From NCBI RefSeq assembly GCF_032444005.1, contig NC_091283.1:636678001-636742000 (forward strand): 64,000 nt of DNA, written 5' to 3'. The stretch is from Ranitomeya imitator. Taxonomy: Eukaryota. The notes below the pieces were generated by a model, which ran no database searches, was not told where the DNA came from, and worked only from the letters and a program-made list of their open reading frames with translations. The translations under genes and the position numbers were made by a program. Positions 12,021 through 23,942 of the stretch are shown here, piece after piece (position 1 is the first letter of the stretch; every line of letters begins with the position of its first letter).

Positions 12021-14800
12021 TTACCCACTTTGACATCAGACGAACTCACAACCCTTAAAGCCCCAATTACACCTGCTGAGATAGATAAGGTGATTAAAGA
12101 TACTAGTCTTCACAAATCTCCTGGCCCTGATGGGTTCACTAACGTTTATTTTAAAGCTTTCTCAAATATTCTTTCCCCACACCTGGCTGAGGTCTTTAAC
12201 CATATTTTTCAAGGAGGCTCGTTTCTCCCAGAAATGCTGTTGGCTACAGTCTCGGTAATACCTAAATCTAAAGGGGACCCGGAAGCCATAGGTAACTTCA
12301 GACCTATATCCCTAATAAATGTAGACATAAAGATCTACTCCAAAATCTTGGCGGACAGGATCAGTCTAATTCTACCAAGACTAATCCTTAACAACCAGAT
12401 GGGATTCATAAAAGGTAGGCAGCCAGCAGATGCGACTAGGAGGATCCTTGATATCATGAGCTGGGCGAGGCAAAACAGAACACCCTTAGCTCTAATATCA
12501 TTAGATGCCGAAAAGGCTTTTGATAGAATCGATTGGCATTTTTTGAGAGCAAGCCTGGCAAAATTTGGTTTCGACGATACTTTGGTGGCTCATATTATGG
12601 CTTTATATACGGAGCCTAGAGCCAGCATCTGTTGCAACTGCCAAATATCAGACCCTTTCAAAAATTAAAAATGGCACCAGGCAAGGGTGCCCCCTATCAC
12701 CCATTCTGTTCAATTTAGTTATAGAACCTTTGGCTGAACTGATTAGAACCAATAATAAAATTACAGGAATCTCCCCTAATTCACGGCACCACAAAATAAC
12801 ATTGTTCGCAGATGACATAATTCTTACCTTATCTAACCCAGAAATTTCAATCCCTGACACACTCCATACCATAAAAAGATTCTCCTTACTTTCAAATTTT
12901 AAACTCAACGAAGCCAAATACAATATCCTGTCAATGGGCCTAAATAAAGACCAAATTCGAGACATAAAAAATTCAACATCATTTAATTGGTGTGAGAAAG
13001 AGTTCACCTATCTAGGTACCTCAATAAACAAGACTATGAAGGGGACAATAAAATTCAACTTTAAACTTCTAAGGCTACGTTCACATTAGCGTTACGCTAA
13101 TGTGCGTCGCTGTTGCGTTGGCGACGCAGCGGCGACGCGCCCCTATGTTTGACATAGGGGACGCGTGCGTTTTTTTGTTTGCGTTTTTCGACATGTGCGT
13201 CGTTTTCGACGCTAGCGTCGGACGCACGAAAATGCAACAAGTTGCATTTTTCGTGCGTCCGATTTTCGTCAAAAAACGACGCACGCGTCGCAAAACGCAG
13301 CATTTTTGCGCGCGTTTTTGGTGCGTCGTGCGTTGCGTCGCCGACGCACCGGCGCGCAACGCTAATGTGAACGTAGCCTTAGTGAAATACTAAACAAGGA
13401 AAGTATGACACACAAAGATAACTCCCTATCATGGTGGGGTAAAACCCTCACAATGGGGTTGTTCATTGTCCCTAAGCTTCTCTACATCCTCAGATGTACA
13501 CCCTAACCAATCTTAGACATTGGCTTTTCTCACCTACAAGCACAGATTAACGCCTTCATCTGGAACTATAAGAAGCCAAGAACAGCTACAAAAACACTAT
13601 ACAAAAAGAAAATCAATGGAGGGATCAATATTCCAAATCTTAAAGCACACTACTACTCCTTACTTATTAAACAAAGTCTACACTGGCTTCAAAACTCAAA
13701 TCCCCCAGTATGGCTAGACTTAGAGATAGCAATTAATCGTAACTGTCATCCAAGATCAATCATCTACAAAACTTTATTTAATAACCTACCAGATTCTGTA
13801 ACATACCCCCTTTTTCAGGCGGTGGCCAAGGCATGGCATAAATTATCTCACCCTAAAAAAGGTCCAAAAAAAAAATCAGATATTATAAAAGAAATACCCA
13901 TTCCACTTGCATACACCATAATTAATCAAACTCTTCCGAAACTATGGTCAGACTCTAGAATTAAAAAAAATAGGGGACATTTATATGGGACAGAAATTTT
14001 TGAGCTTTCAAACCATAAAAAACAAATTTGACATTCATCCATCCTCCTTTATGGATTTCCTGATTCTCAAAAAGAACATCGGGTCATTTATCGGAGATAA
14101 ACCAAAACTTTCAGAAACATCAATTAAACTGTTAAACAATGTTGGACACCGCATATTCTGGAGTCATAATTTTATTTACAATAACTTTAATTCAGACTTT
14201 AACCTCTCCAAAAGCCCCCCTATGTTAAAATGGGAACAAGACATGAAAGACTCCTTTAGCATCGAAGATTGGGAAGAAGCCTTATCCCTCTTGTACCAAT
14301 CCACTCTCTCTATGTCTCTCCAAGAGACACATTTTAAGGTGTTGTCAAGATGGTACTATACCCCAAGCAGGCTGGCGCACATTAAATCTATAAACTCTCC
14401 GCTATGCTGGAGAGGCTGTGGCCAAAGAGGAGATATGATACACGTTTTCTGGGAGTTGCCCAATGGTGAACCCTCTCTGGGCCCAAATTTCCAAAGACAT
14501 TCTTAGCAAACTCATTAAGGCTCCTTTCATTTTACGACCCCAGACTGCCCTACTCTCATTAGGACTTGAACGACTTGAACAAGTAAACCATACATTGAAA
14601 CTAATCATAATTCACATCTGCCTAGTGGTAAAAAACAGTATCGCTTTCCATTGGAAGAGTCAACACATACCATCTACAAAAGATATAATACAAAAAGTTT
14701 CCCAACATAGATCACATGAATCTCAATTCGCAATAACAACCAGGTCATAAAATTCTCGAAAAAATGGTCAAGATGGGATCAAATATTCCCTACCCCAATT
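12021..14800 (+). pseudogene. L1 ORF2 of copy 2 (RT and C-terminal Cys-rich region; endonuclease missing; frameshifted)
   Basis: KSPGPDG, FRPISLIN, LDAEKAFDRIDW, GTRQGCPLSP, LFADD, RWYYTPSRL, CWRGC..RGDMIHVFW. Confidence 0.92.
13073..13378. mobile_element. Palindromic Harbinger-like MITE inserted in L1 ORF2
   Basis: TIR GGCTACGTTCACATTAGCG / CGCTAATGTGAACGTAGCC, flanked by TAA and TTA. Removing the element plus 3 bp restores the L1 frame (LLSEIL...LSWWGK). Confidence 0.88.
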
Positions 14801-16261
14801 ACTTGAACTGTTATACAAGTTCATGCTTCATTTAACCCCTTTCTGCCATTGGACGTAATATTCCGTCCATGTGGGGTGGGCCTTAATTCCCAAGGACGGA
14901 ATATTACGTCCAGCGCGATCGGCCGCGCTCACGGGGGGAGCGCCGCCGATCGCGGCCGGGTGTCAGCTGCTTATTGCAGCTGACATCCGGCACTATGTGC
15001 CAGGAGCGGTCACGGACCGCACCCGGCACATTAACCCCCGGCACACCGCGATCAAAGATGATCGCGATGTGCCGGCGGTGCAGGGAAGCATCGCGCAGGG
15101 AGGGGGCTCCCTGCGGGCTTCCCTGAGACCCCCGCAGCAACGCGATGTGATCGCGTTGCTCCGGGGGTCTCCTACCTCCCTCCCTGCAGTAAGTCCCGGA
15201 TCCAAAATGGCCGCGGATCCGGGTCCTGCAGGGAGGGAGGTGGCTTACCAAGTGCCTGCTCAGAGCAGGCACTTGGTAACGCTGCACTGCTCTCAGACAG
15301 ATCGGTGATCTGTCAGAGTGCTGTGCAAACTGGCAGATCACCGATCTGTATTGTCCCCCCCTGGGGCAAAGTAAAAAAGTAAAAAAAAAAATTTCCAAGT
15401 GTGTAAAAAAAAAAAAAAAAAAAAAAATCCTAAATAATGAAAAAAAAAATATATATATTATTCCCATAAATACATTTCTTTATCTAAATAAAAAAAACAA
15501 AACAATAAAAGTACACATATTTAGTATCTCCGCGTCCGTAACGACCCGACCTATAAAACTGGCCCACTAGTTAACCCCTTCAGTAAACACCGTAAGAAAA
15601 AAAAAAAAAAAACGAGGCAAAAAACAACGCTTTATTATCATACCGCCAAACATAAAGTGGAATAACACGCGATCAAAAAGACGGATATAAATAACCATGG
15701 TACCGCTGAAAGCGTCATCTTGTCCCGCAAAAAACGAGCCACCATACAGCGACAACAGCAAAAAAATAAAAAAGTTATAGTCCTCAGAATAAAGCGATGC
15801 AAAAATAATTATTTTTTTCTATAAAATAGTTTTTATCGTATAAAAGCGCCAAAACATAAAAAAATGATATAAATGAGGTGTCGCTGTAATTGTACTGAAC
15901 CGAAGATTAAAACTGCTTTATCAATTTTATCAAACGCGGAACGGTATAAACGCCTCCCCCAAAAGAAATTCATGAATAGCTGGTTTTTGGTCATTCTGCC
16001 TCACAAAAATCAGAATAAAAAGCGATCAAAAAATGTCACGTGCCCGAAAATGTTACCAATAAAAACATCAACTCGTCCCGCAAAAAACAAGACCTCACAT
16101 GACTCTGTGGACTCAAATATGGAAAAATTATAGCTCTCAAAATGTGGTAACGCAAAAAATATTTTTTGCAATAAAAAGCGTCTTTCAGTGTGTGACGGCT
16201 GCCAATCATAAAAATCCGCTAAAAAACCCGCTATAAAAGTAAATGAAAAATATGTATTTAT

Positions 16262-16541
16262 NNNNNNNNNNNNNNNNNNNNNNNNNNNNNNNNNNNNNNN
16301 NNNNNNNNNNNNNNNNNNNNNNNNNNNNNNNNNNNNNNNNNNNNNNNNNNNNNNNNNNNNNNNNNNNNNNNNNNNNNNNNNNNNNNNNNNNNNNNNNNNN
16401 NNNNNNNNNNNNNNNNNNNNNNNNNNNNNNNNNNNNNNNNNNNNNNNNNNNNNNNNNNNNNNNNNNNNNNNNNNNNNNNNNNNNNNNNNNNNNNNNNNNN
16501 NNNNNNNNNNNNNNNNNNNNNNNNNNNNNNNNNNNNNNNNN
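16262..16541. other. Assembly gap (280 N)
   Basis: Run of N. Confidence 1.
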
Positions 16542-16712
16542 GGGCTAGGGTAAGGGCTAGGGTTAGGGTTAAGGCTACAGTTAGGGTTGGGGCTAAAGTT
16601 AGGGTTTGGATTACATTTGCGATTGGGATTAGGATTAGGGGTGTGTCTGGGTTAGAGGTGTGGTTAGGGTTACCGTTGGGATTAGGGTTAGGGGTGTGTT
16701 TGGATTAGGGTT
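16542..16712 (+). repeat. Degenerate telomere-like (TTAGGG-variant) array inside the piggyBac-like element
   Basis: GGGCTAGGGTAAGGGCTAGGGTTAGGGTTAAGG...GGATTAGGGTTAGGGG; mirrored at 55433-55624. Confidence 0.8.
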
Positions 16713-16729
16713 TCAGTTATAATTGGGGG

Positions 16730-18920
16730 GTTTCCACTATTTAGGCACATCAGGGGGATCTCCAAACGCGACATGGCGACCGATCTCAATTCCATCCAAT
16801 TCTGCATTGAAAAAGTAAAACAGTGCTCCTTCCCTTCCGAGCTCTCCCGTGTGCCCAAACAGGAGTTTACCCCAACATATGGGGTATCAGCGTACTCAGG
16901 ACAAATTGGACAACAACTTTTGGGGTCCAATTTCTCCTGTTACCCTTGGGAAAATACAAAACTGGGGGCTAAAAAATAATTTTTGTGGGAAAAAAAGAGA
17001 TTTTTTATTTTCACGGCTCTGCGTTATAAACTGTAGTGAAACACTTGGGGGCTCAAAGTTCTCACAACACATCTAGATAAGTTCGTGGGGGGGTCTAGTT
17101 TCCAACATGGGGTCACTTGTGGGGGTTTCTACTGTTTAGGTATATTAGGGGCTCTGCAAACGCAATGTGACGCCTGCAGACCATTCCATTTAAGTCTGCA
17201 TTCCAAATGGCGCTCCTTCCCTTCCGAGCCCTCCCATGCGCCCAAACGCTGGTTCATCCCACATATGGGGTATCAACGCACTCAGGACAAATTGGACAAC
17301 AACTTTTGGGGTCCAATTTCTCCTTTTACCCTCGAGAAAATACAAAACTGGGGGCTAAAAAATAATTTTGAGGGGAAATTTTTTATTTTATTTTCACGGC
17401 TCTGCGTTATAAACTGTAGTGAAATACTTGGGGGCTCAAAGTTCTCACAACACATCTAAATAAGTTCCTTGGGGGGTCTAGTTTCCAATATGGGGTCACT
17501 TGTGGGGGGTTTCTACTGTTTAGGTACATTAGGGGCTCTGCAAACACAATGTGACGCCTGCAGACCATTCCATCTAAGTCTGTATTCCAAATGGCTCTCC
17601 TTCCCTTCCGAGCCCTCCCATGCGCCCAAACGCTGGTTCTCCCCCACATATAGGGTATCAGCGCACTCAGGACAAATTGCACAACAACTTTTGGGGTCCA
17701 ATTTCTCCTGTTACCCTCAGGAAAATACAAAACTGGGGGCTAAAAAATTATTTTTGTGGGAAAAAAATTTTGTTTTATTTTTACGGCTCTGCATTATAAA
17801 CTTCTGTGAAGCTCTTATTGGGTCAAAGTGCTCACCACACATCTAGATAAGTTCCTTAGGGGGTCTACTTTTCAAAATGGTGTCACTTGTGGGGGGTTTC
17901 AATGTTTAGGTACATCAGTGGCTCTCCAAACGCAACATGGCGTCCAATCTCAATTCCTGTCAATTTTGCATTGAAAGGTCAAACGGCGCTCCTTCCCTTC
18001 CGAGCTCTCCCATGCGCCCAAACAATGGTTTACCCCCACATATGGGGTATCAGAGTACTCAGGACAAATTGTGCCACAACTTTTGTGGTCCAATTTCTTC
18101 TCTTACCATTGGGAAAATAAAAAATTGGGGGCGAAAAGATAATTTTTGTGAAAAAAAAATGATTTTTTATTTTTACGGTTCTGCATTATAAACTTCTGTG
18201 AAGCACTTGGTGGGTCAAAGTGCTCACCACACCTCTAGATAAGTTCCTTAGGGGGTCTACTTTCCAAAATGGTGTCACTTGTGGGGGGTTTCAATGTTTA
18301 GGCACATCAGTGGCTCTCCAAACGCAACATGGCGTCTCATCTCAATTCCTGTCAATTTTGCATTGAAAGGTCAAACGGCGCTCCTTCCCTTCCGAGCTCT
18401 CCCATGCGCCCAAACAATGGTTTACCCCCACATATGGGGTATCAGAGTACTCAGGACAAATTGTGCCACAACTTTTGTGGTCCAATTTCTTCTCTTACCA
18501 TTGGGAAAATAAAAAATTTGGGGCGAAAAGATAATGTTTGTGAAAAAAAATGATTTTTTATTTTTACGGTTCTGCATTATTAACTTCTGTGAAGCACTTG
18601 GTGGGTCAAAGTGCTCACCACACCTCTAGATAAGTTCCTTAGGGGGTCTACTTTCCAAAATGGTGTCACTTGTGGGGGGTTTCAATGTTTAGGCACATCA
18701 GTGGCTCTCCAAACGCAACATGGCGTCCCATCTCAATTCCAGTCAACTTTGCATTGAAAAGTCAAATGGCGCTCCTTCCCTTCCGAGCTCTGCCATGCGC
18801 ACAAACTGTGGTTAACCCCCACATATGGGGTATCAGCGTACTCAGGACAAATTGTACAACAACTTTTGGGGTCCATTTTCTCCTGTTACCCTTGGCAAAA
18901 TAAAACAAATTGGAGCTGAA
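16730..18920. repeat. About 6 tandem units of 383-392 bp, two subtypes
   Basis: Anchor TAGATAAGTTC (TAAATAAGTTC at 17457) recurs at about 17074, 17457, 17844, 18236 and 18627. Near-identical short ORFs recur at 17887, 18279 and 18670. Confidence 0.92.
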
Positions 18921-19812
18921 GTAAATTTTTTGTGAAAAAAAGTTAAATGTTAATTTTTATTTAAACATTCCAAAAATTCCTGTGAAGCACCTGAAGGGTT
19001 AATAAACTTCTTGAATGTGGTTTTGAGAACCTTGAGGGGTGCAGTTTTTAGAATGGTGTCACACTTGGGTATTTTCTATCATATAGACCCCTCAAAATGA
19101 CTTCAAATGAGATGTGGTCCCTAAAATAAAATGGTGTTGTAAAAATGAGAAATTGCTGGTCAACTTTTAACCCTTATAACTCCCTAACAAAAAAAAATTT
19201 TTGGTTCCAAAATTGTGCTGATGTAAAGTAGACATGTGGGAAATGTTACTTATTAAGTATTTTGTGTGACATATCTCTGTGATTTAATTGCATAAAAATT
19301 CAAAGTTGGAAAATTGCGAAATTTTCAAAATTTTCGCCAAATTTCCGTTTTTTTCACAAATAAACGCAGGTAATATCAAAGAAATTTTACCACTATCATG
19401 AAGTACAATATGTCACGAGAAAACAATGTCAGAATCACCGGGATCCGTTGAAGCGTTCCAGAGTTATAACCTCATAAAGGGACAGTGGTCAGAATTGTAA
19501 AAATTGACCCGGTCCATAACGTGCAAACCACCCTTGGGGGTAAAGGGGTTAACCATTATACTGTTAAAATTTCTTGCATGTTTCCAACTTGCTTTAATTC
19601 CCTTTCTAGGTTCTCACCAAGATGTTTAGTGTTTTCTTTAAACACTTACGATATCAACAATATGTATGATTGTACTATTTGTTTATTATTTCATTTTCCC
19701 TCCACTCCCTTCCCCCCCCCCCTTCCTCCCCTGCCTCCCACCACCCTCCATTTGATTTTGTCCGTTTAAATAAAATTCAATAAAATGTTTTGAAAACAAA
19801 TGGGATCAACTT

Positions 19813-20129
19813 TTCACGTATTGGTCACTTACTCTATTGCCTCACTATCCTTCTTCATCCAGTTCGCTCTTTATCAAGGCCTCAATTACGTCTTATCAAT
19901 GTACTCTTTGTTTTTTGACTTCTACACTATTGTTATTTACTATAAGGCTGTTTTTCCAAGGGCTGCGTCCCTTGCTTCATTCAGGCTAAAATGTAGCCAA
20001 TTCGCATTCTTACGTTGTGTTTTGTTCTCCTTTCCTCACCTTCCTAACATTTCCCTGACCCACTTTATATTTCCTTCCCCCCCCCCCTTTACCCCTGTTG
20101 AAACAAATAAAAATATTGGGAAAAGAAAA
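19813..20129 (+). mobile_element. 3' UTR of L1 copy 1, resuming after the nested insertion
   Basis: Begins right after the second TSD copy; C-rich tract, AATAAA and A-rich end. Confidence 0.75.
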
Positions 20130-20328
20130 GTTCATGTGAACAGTGATGTATATGATTGTTTTATAGTTTTTATAAAGTTTTGCATTTTATCCTTATGGCC
20201 GGTTTGTGTCTTGGTTTTCCTAGAGGTTTGCCTCAAGGCCGTTCCTGAAAATTGAGAAGTCTGTCCACTAGATGAACCATTACATGGTATAGGGATATAG
20301 TTTACATCACTCAAGTTAGTATATACTA

Positions 20329-22099
20329 CCCTAGAATGCATAACCCGGGCCTAGGGCCTTTTAGGCCTGGTAGCGTATTTGCTATTTCCTGCAAAATTAC
20401 TTTAGCTAGAATTTTGAAACTCTAGGTATTCCTCAAGTATCATATAATTTTATTTGATAGGCATTATGGTTTTTGTGGAAACCCCATATTTACAGAACCA
20501 GTATTATGTTTATCTTGTACTCATCAGTGTTTGTGTCTCAAGTTACGGCGTTATTGTAGAGGGCTTGCTGTGGGTGGGGGGGATGGATAATTCCTGTGTG
20601 TTGAAAGACCTGTGATGATGTAGCAGTCTTTTTCCAAAAGTTTGACTGACCAAGAAATTGAAGTAATCATCTTTGAAAGTGATTATGAAAGTGAACTTTG
20701 TCTGATGAAGAGTACCTGCCACCAGTAAATCACTCTGCTTTGATTCTTCTGATGAAGATGTGGATCCAGAGGAATTGATAAGTAGAATATCCAAAACTAA
20801 AGAATTTTGGGACAGTGCAACCCCTTCAGTACTTGGATATACCCCAATACATAATATTGTGAGCCAAGCTCAAGGAGCTGTGGGAAGTCCCCAATAGTTG
20901 TCCCCTAAAGATATTTTCTGTACTTTTTTCTGAAGATATTGTAGATGAGGTGTTTTTATATACAAACCAATAAGGAAGGAGTATTGCTTATGGAGAAAAA
21001 AAAATGGCAAAATATCCCAAAAAGAAGAATTGTATGCTTATATTGGACTAACACTTCTGGCAAGGTATAGAAAAAAAAAATCTTATGATGTTCCTATCAC
21101 AGAGTTATTTTTGGACCTACTTTCTGATCCAGACTACAAAGTAACAATGTCAGTGGATAGATATGAGGAAATTTGGAGAAGCCTTTGATATAAGCGAACT
21201 CGTCCTGCAAGGTTGGAAACGGATCAATTAGCACCTATCAGATACATCTGTAATATTTTTAGCAAGAATTGCACCCCAAGCTCTATAATCTAAAGGTACC
21301 TTCACACTAAAAGACGCTGCAGCGATCCAGACAACGATCCGGATCGCTGCAGCGTCGCTGTTTGGTCGCTGGAGAGCTGTCACACAGACCGCTCTCCAGC
21401 AACCAACGATGCCGGTAACCAGGGTAAACATCGGGTTACTAAGCGCAGGGCCGCGCTTAGTAACCCAATGTTTACCCTGGTTACCATCCTAAAAGTAAAA
21501 AAAACAACCACTACATACTTACCTACCGCTGTCTGTCCCCGGCGCTTTGCTTCTCTGCTCTGGCTGTGAGCGCCGGGCAGCCGGAAAGCAGAGCGGTGAC
21601 GTCACCGCTCTGCTTTCCGGCCGCTGTGCTCACAGCCATGCTCTGCTTTCCGGCCGCTGTGCTCACAGCCAGAGCAGAGAAGCACAGCGCCGGGGACAGA
21701 CAGCGGTAGGTAAGTATGTAGTGGTTGTTTTTTTTACTTTTAGGATGGTAACCAGGGTAAACATCGGGTTACTAAGCGCGGCCCTGCGCTTAGTAACCCG
21801 ATGTTTACCCTGGTTACCAGCGAAGACATCGCTGAATCGGTGTCACACACGCCGATTCAGCGATCTCAGCGGGAGAGCCAGCGACCAAAGAAAGGTCTGG
21901 CCCTCTAGCCCTGACCAACGACATCACAGCAGGATTCTGATCGCTGCTGCGTGTCAAACTAAACAATATCGCTAGCGAGGACGCTGTAACGTCACGGATT
22001 GCTAGCGACATCGTTTAGTGTGAAGGTACCTTTAGTGCTAATGTAACAGTGTATGAGCAACTTGTAGCTACAGAGGATGTTACAAGTTCATTCAATATA
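20329..22099 (+). pseudogene. Decayed piggyBac transposon/transposase fragment
   Basis: CCCTAGAA piggyBac-like start at about 20329. Decayed motifs MSVDRYEEIWRSL, DQLAPIRYI, YNxSANVTVYEQLVA and RGCYKFIQY match the PGBD consensus (MSRDRF, DEQLV, FRGRC.FIQY). Confidence 0.8.
21294..22031. mobile_element. Complete palindromic Harbinger-like MITE (738 bp)
   Basis: TIR AGGTACCTTCACACTAAA / TTTAGTGTGAAGGTACCT, flanked by TAA and TTA. Two internal ~70-bp hairpins GGTAACCAGGGTAAACATCGGGTTACTAAGCGC...GCGCTTAGTAACCC. Confidence 0.9.
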
Positions 22100-22356
22100 C
22101 AGTTAGGGCCAGAAATATTTGGACAGTGACACAAGTTTTGTTATTTTAGCTGTTTACAAAAACATGTTCAGAAATACAATTAGGGTATGTTCACACGTTC
22201 AGGATTTCCATCCTTTTTTTTTCAGGACAGTTTTTTTAAAAAACTGCAGCTCTTGGCAGAAAACGCAGGTCCTTTTTTGATGCGTTTTTTTATCCTTTTT
22301 TTATGCAGTTTTCTATGCAGAGACTGTGTGTTTCCTAGGAAGCTTTTTAGGGCTAA

Positions 22357-22484
22357 NNNNNNNNNNNNNNNNNNNNNNNNNNNNNNNNNNNNNNNNNNNN
22401 NNNNNNNNNNNNNNNNNNNNNNNNNNNNNNNNNNNNNNNNNNNNNNNNNNNNNNNNNNNNNNNNNNNNNNNNNNNNNNNNNNNN
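22357..22484. other. Assembly gap (128 N)
   Basis: Run of N. Confidence 1.
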
Positions 22485-22690
22485 CAATGGGGGTGACAAA
22501 GTGGGGGGGGTGTCATTTACTATTTTTTTATTTTGATCACTGAGATAGGTTATATCTCAGTGATCAAAATGCACTTTGGAGCGAATCTGCCGGCCGGCAG
22601 ATTCGGCGGGCGCACTACGCATGCGCCCGCCATTTTGCAAGATGGCGGCGCCCAGGGAGAAGACGGCCGGACGGACACCGGGTAAGTATA

Positions 22691-23942
22691 AGGGGGGGAG
22701 ATTAGGGCACGGGGGGGAGATTAGGGCACGGGGGGAAGATTAGGGCACGGGGGGAAGATTAGGGCACGGGGGGAGATTAGGGCACGGGGGGAGATTAGGG
22801 CACGGGGGGGGCATCGGAGCACTGGGGGGGGGCATCGGAGCACTGGGGGGGGGCATCGGAGCACTGGGGGGGGGGCATCGGAGCACTGGGGGGGGGGCAT
22901 CGGAGCACTGGGGGGGGGGCATCGGAGCACTGGGGGGGGGCATCGGAGCACTGGGGGGGGGCATCGGAGCACTGGGGGGGGGCATCGGAGCACTGGGGGG
23001 GGCATCGGAGCACTGGGGGGGGGCATCGGAGCACTGGGGGGGGGCATCGGAGCACTGGGGGGGGGCATCGGAGCACTGGGGGGGGCATCGGGGCACGGGG
23101 GGCATCGGAGCACTGGGGGGGGCATCGGAGCACTGGGGGGGGGCATCGGAGCACTGGGGGGGGCATCGGAGCACTGGGGGGGGGGCATCGGAGCACTGGG
23201 GGGGGGCATCGGAGCACTGGGGGGGGGCATCGGAGCACTGGGGGGGCATCGGAGCACTGGGGGGGGCATCGGAGCACTGGGGGGGGCATCGGAGCACTGG
23301 GGGGGGGCATCGGAGCACGGGGCGGCATCGGAGCACGGGGCGGCATCGGAGCACGGGGCGGCATCGGAGCACGGGGCGGCATCGGAGCACGGGGCGGCAT
23401 CGGAGCACGGGGCGGCATCGGAGCACGGGGGCGGGATCGGAGCACGGGGGCGGGATCGGAGCACGGGGGCGGGATCGGAGCACGGGGCGGGATCGGAGCA
23501 CGGGGCGGGATCGGAGCAGGGGGCGGGATCGGAGCACGGGGGCGGGATCGGAGCACGGGGGCGGGATCGGAGCACGGGGGCGGGATCGGAGCACGGGGCG
23601 GGATCGGAGCACGGGGGCGGGATCGGAGCACGGGGGCGGGATCGGAGCACGGGGGCGGGATCGGAGCACGGGGGCGGGATCGGAGCACGGGGGCGGGATC
23701 GGAGCACGGGGGCGGGATCGGAGCACGGGGGCGGGATCGGAGCACGGGGGCGGGATCGGAGCACGGGGGCGGGATCGGAGCACGGGGGCGGGATCGGAGC
23801 ACGGGGGCGGGATCGGAGCACGGGGGCGGGATCGGAGCACGGGGGCGGGATCGGAGCACGGGGGCGGGATCGGAGCACGGGGGCGGGATCGGAGCACGGG
23901 GGCGGGATCGGAGCACGGGGGCGGGATCGGAGCACGGGGGGG
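22691..23942. repeat. G-rich minisatellite, 19-24-bp units, four successive variants
   Basis: GATTAGGGCACGGGGGGA, then GCATCGGAGCACTG(G)n, then GGCGGCATCGGAGCACGG, then GCGGGATCGGAGCACGGGG. Confidence 0.95.

Larger units (their letters stand above)
14836..19548 (+). mobile_element. Non-autonomous piggyBac-like (Tx1D-like) element, copy A, in the 3' UTR of L1 copy 2
   Basis: TTAA at 14832-14835 and 19549-19552, termini CCCCTTT...AAAGGGG, internal ~385-392-bp tandem repeats, no transposase. Homologous copy at 52280-57038. Confidence 0.88.
8845..19795 (+). mobile_element. L1 LINE copy 2, full-length span nested in copy 1; endonuclease region deleted; carries several insertions
   Basis: Starts GGGGGGCGTGGCC and ends AATAAAATGTTTTGAAA. 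Flanked by the identical 17-bp direct repeat ACAAATGGGATCAACTT at 8828-8844 and 19796-19812. Confidence 0.92.

Noticed and set aside
16243-16548. ORFs spanning N runs (also 22187-22543)
   Set aside because: Artefacts of assembly gaps.
16542-16712. True telomere or chromosome-fusion scar
   Set aside because: The array is short, degenerate and present at the same place in a second copy of the transposon.
16688-18903. Recurrent short ORFs (MWGVSMFR..., MDPKSCC...), also at 52926-55459
   Set aside because: They recur with the ~390-bp repeat period, have no recognisable domain and are disrupted variably between units.
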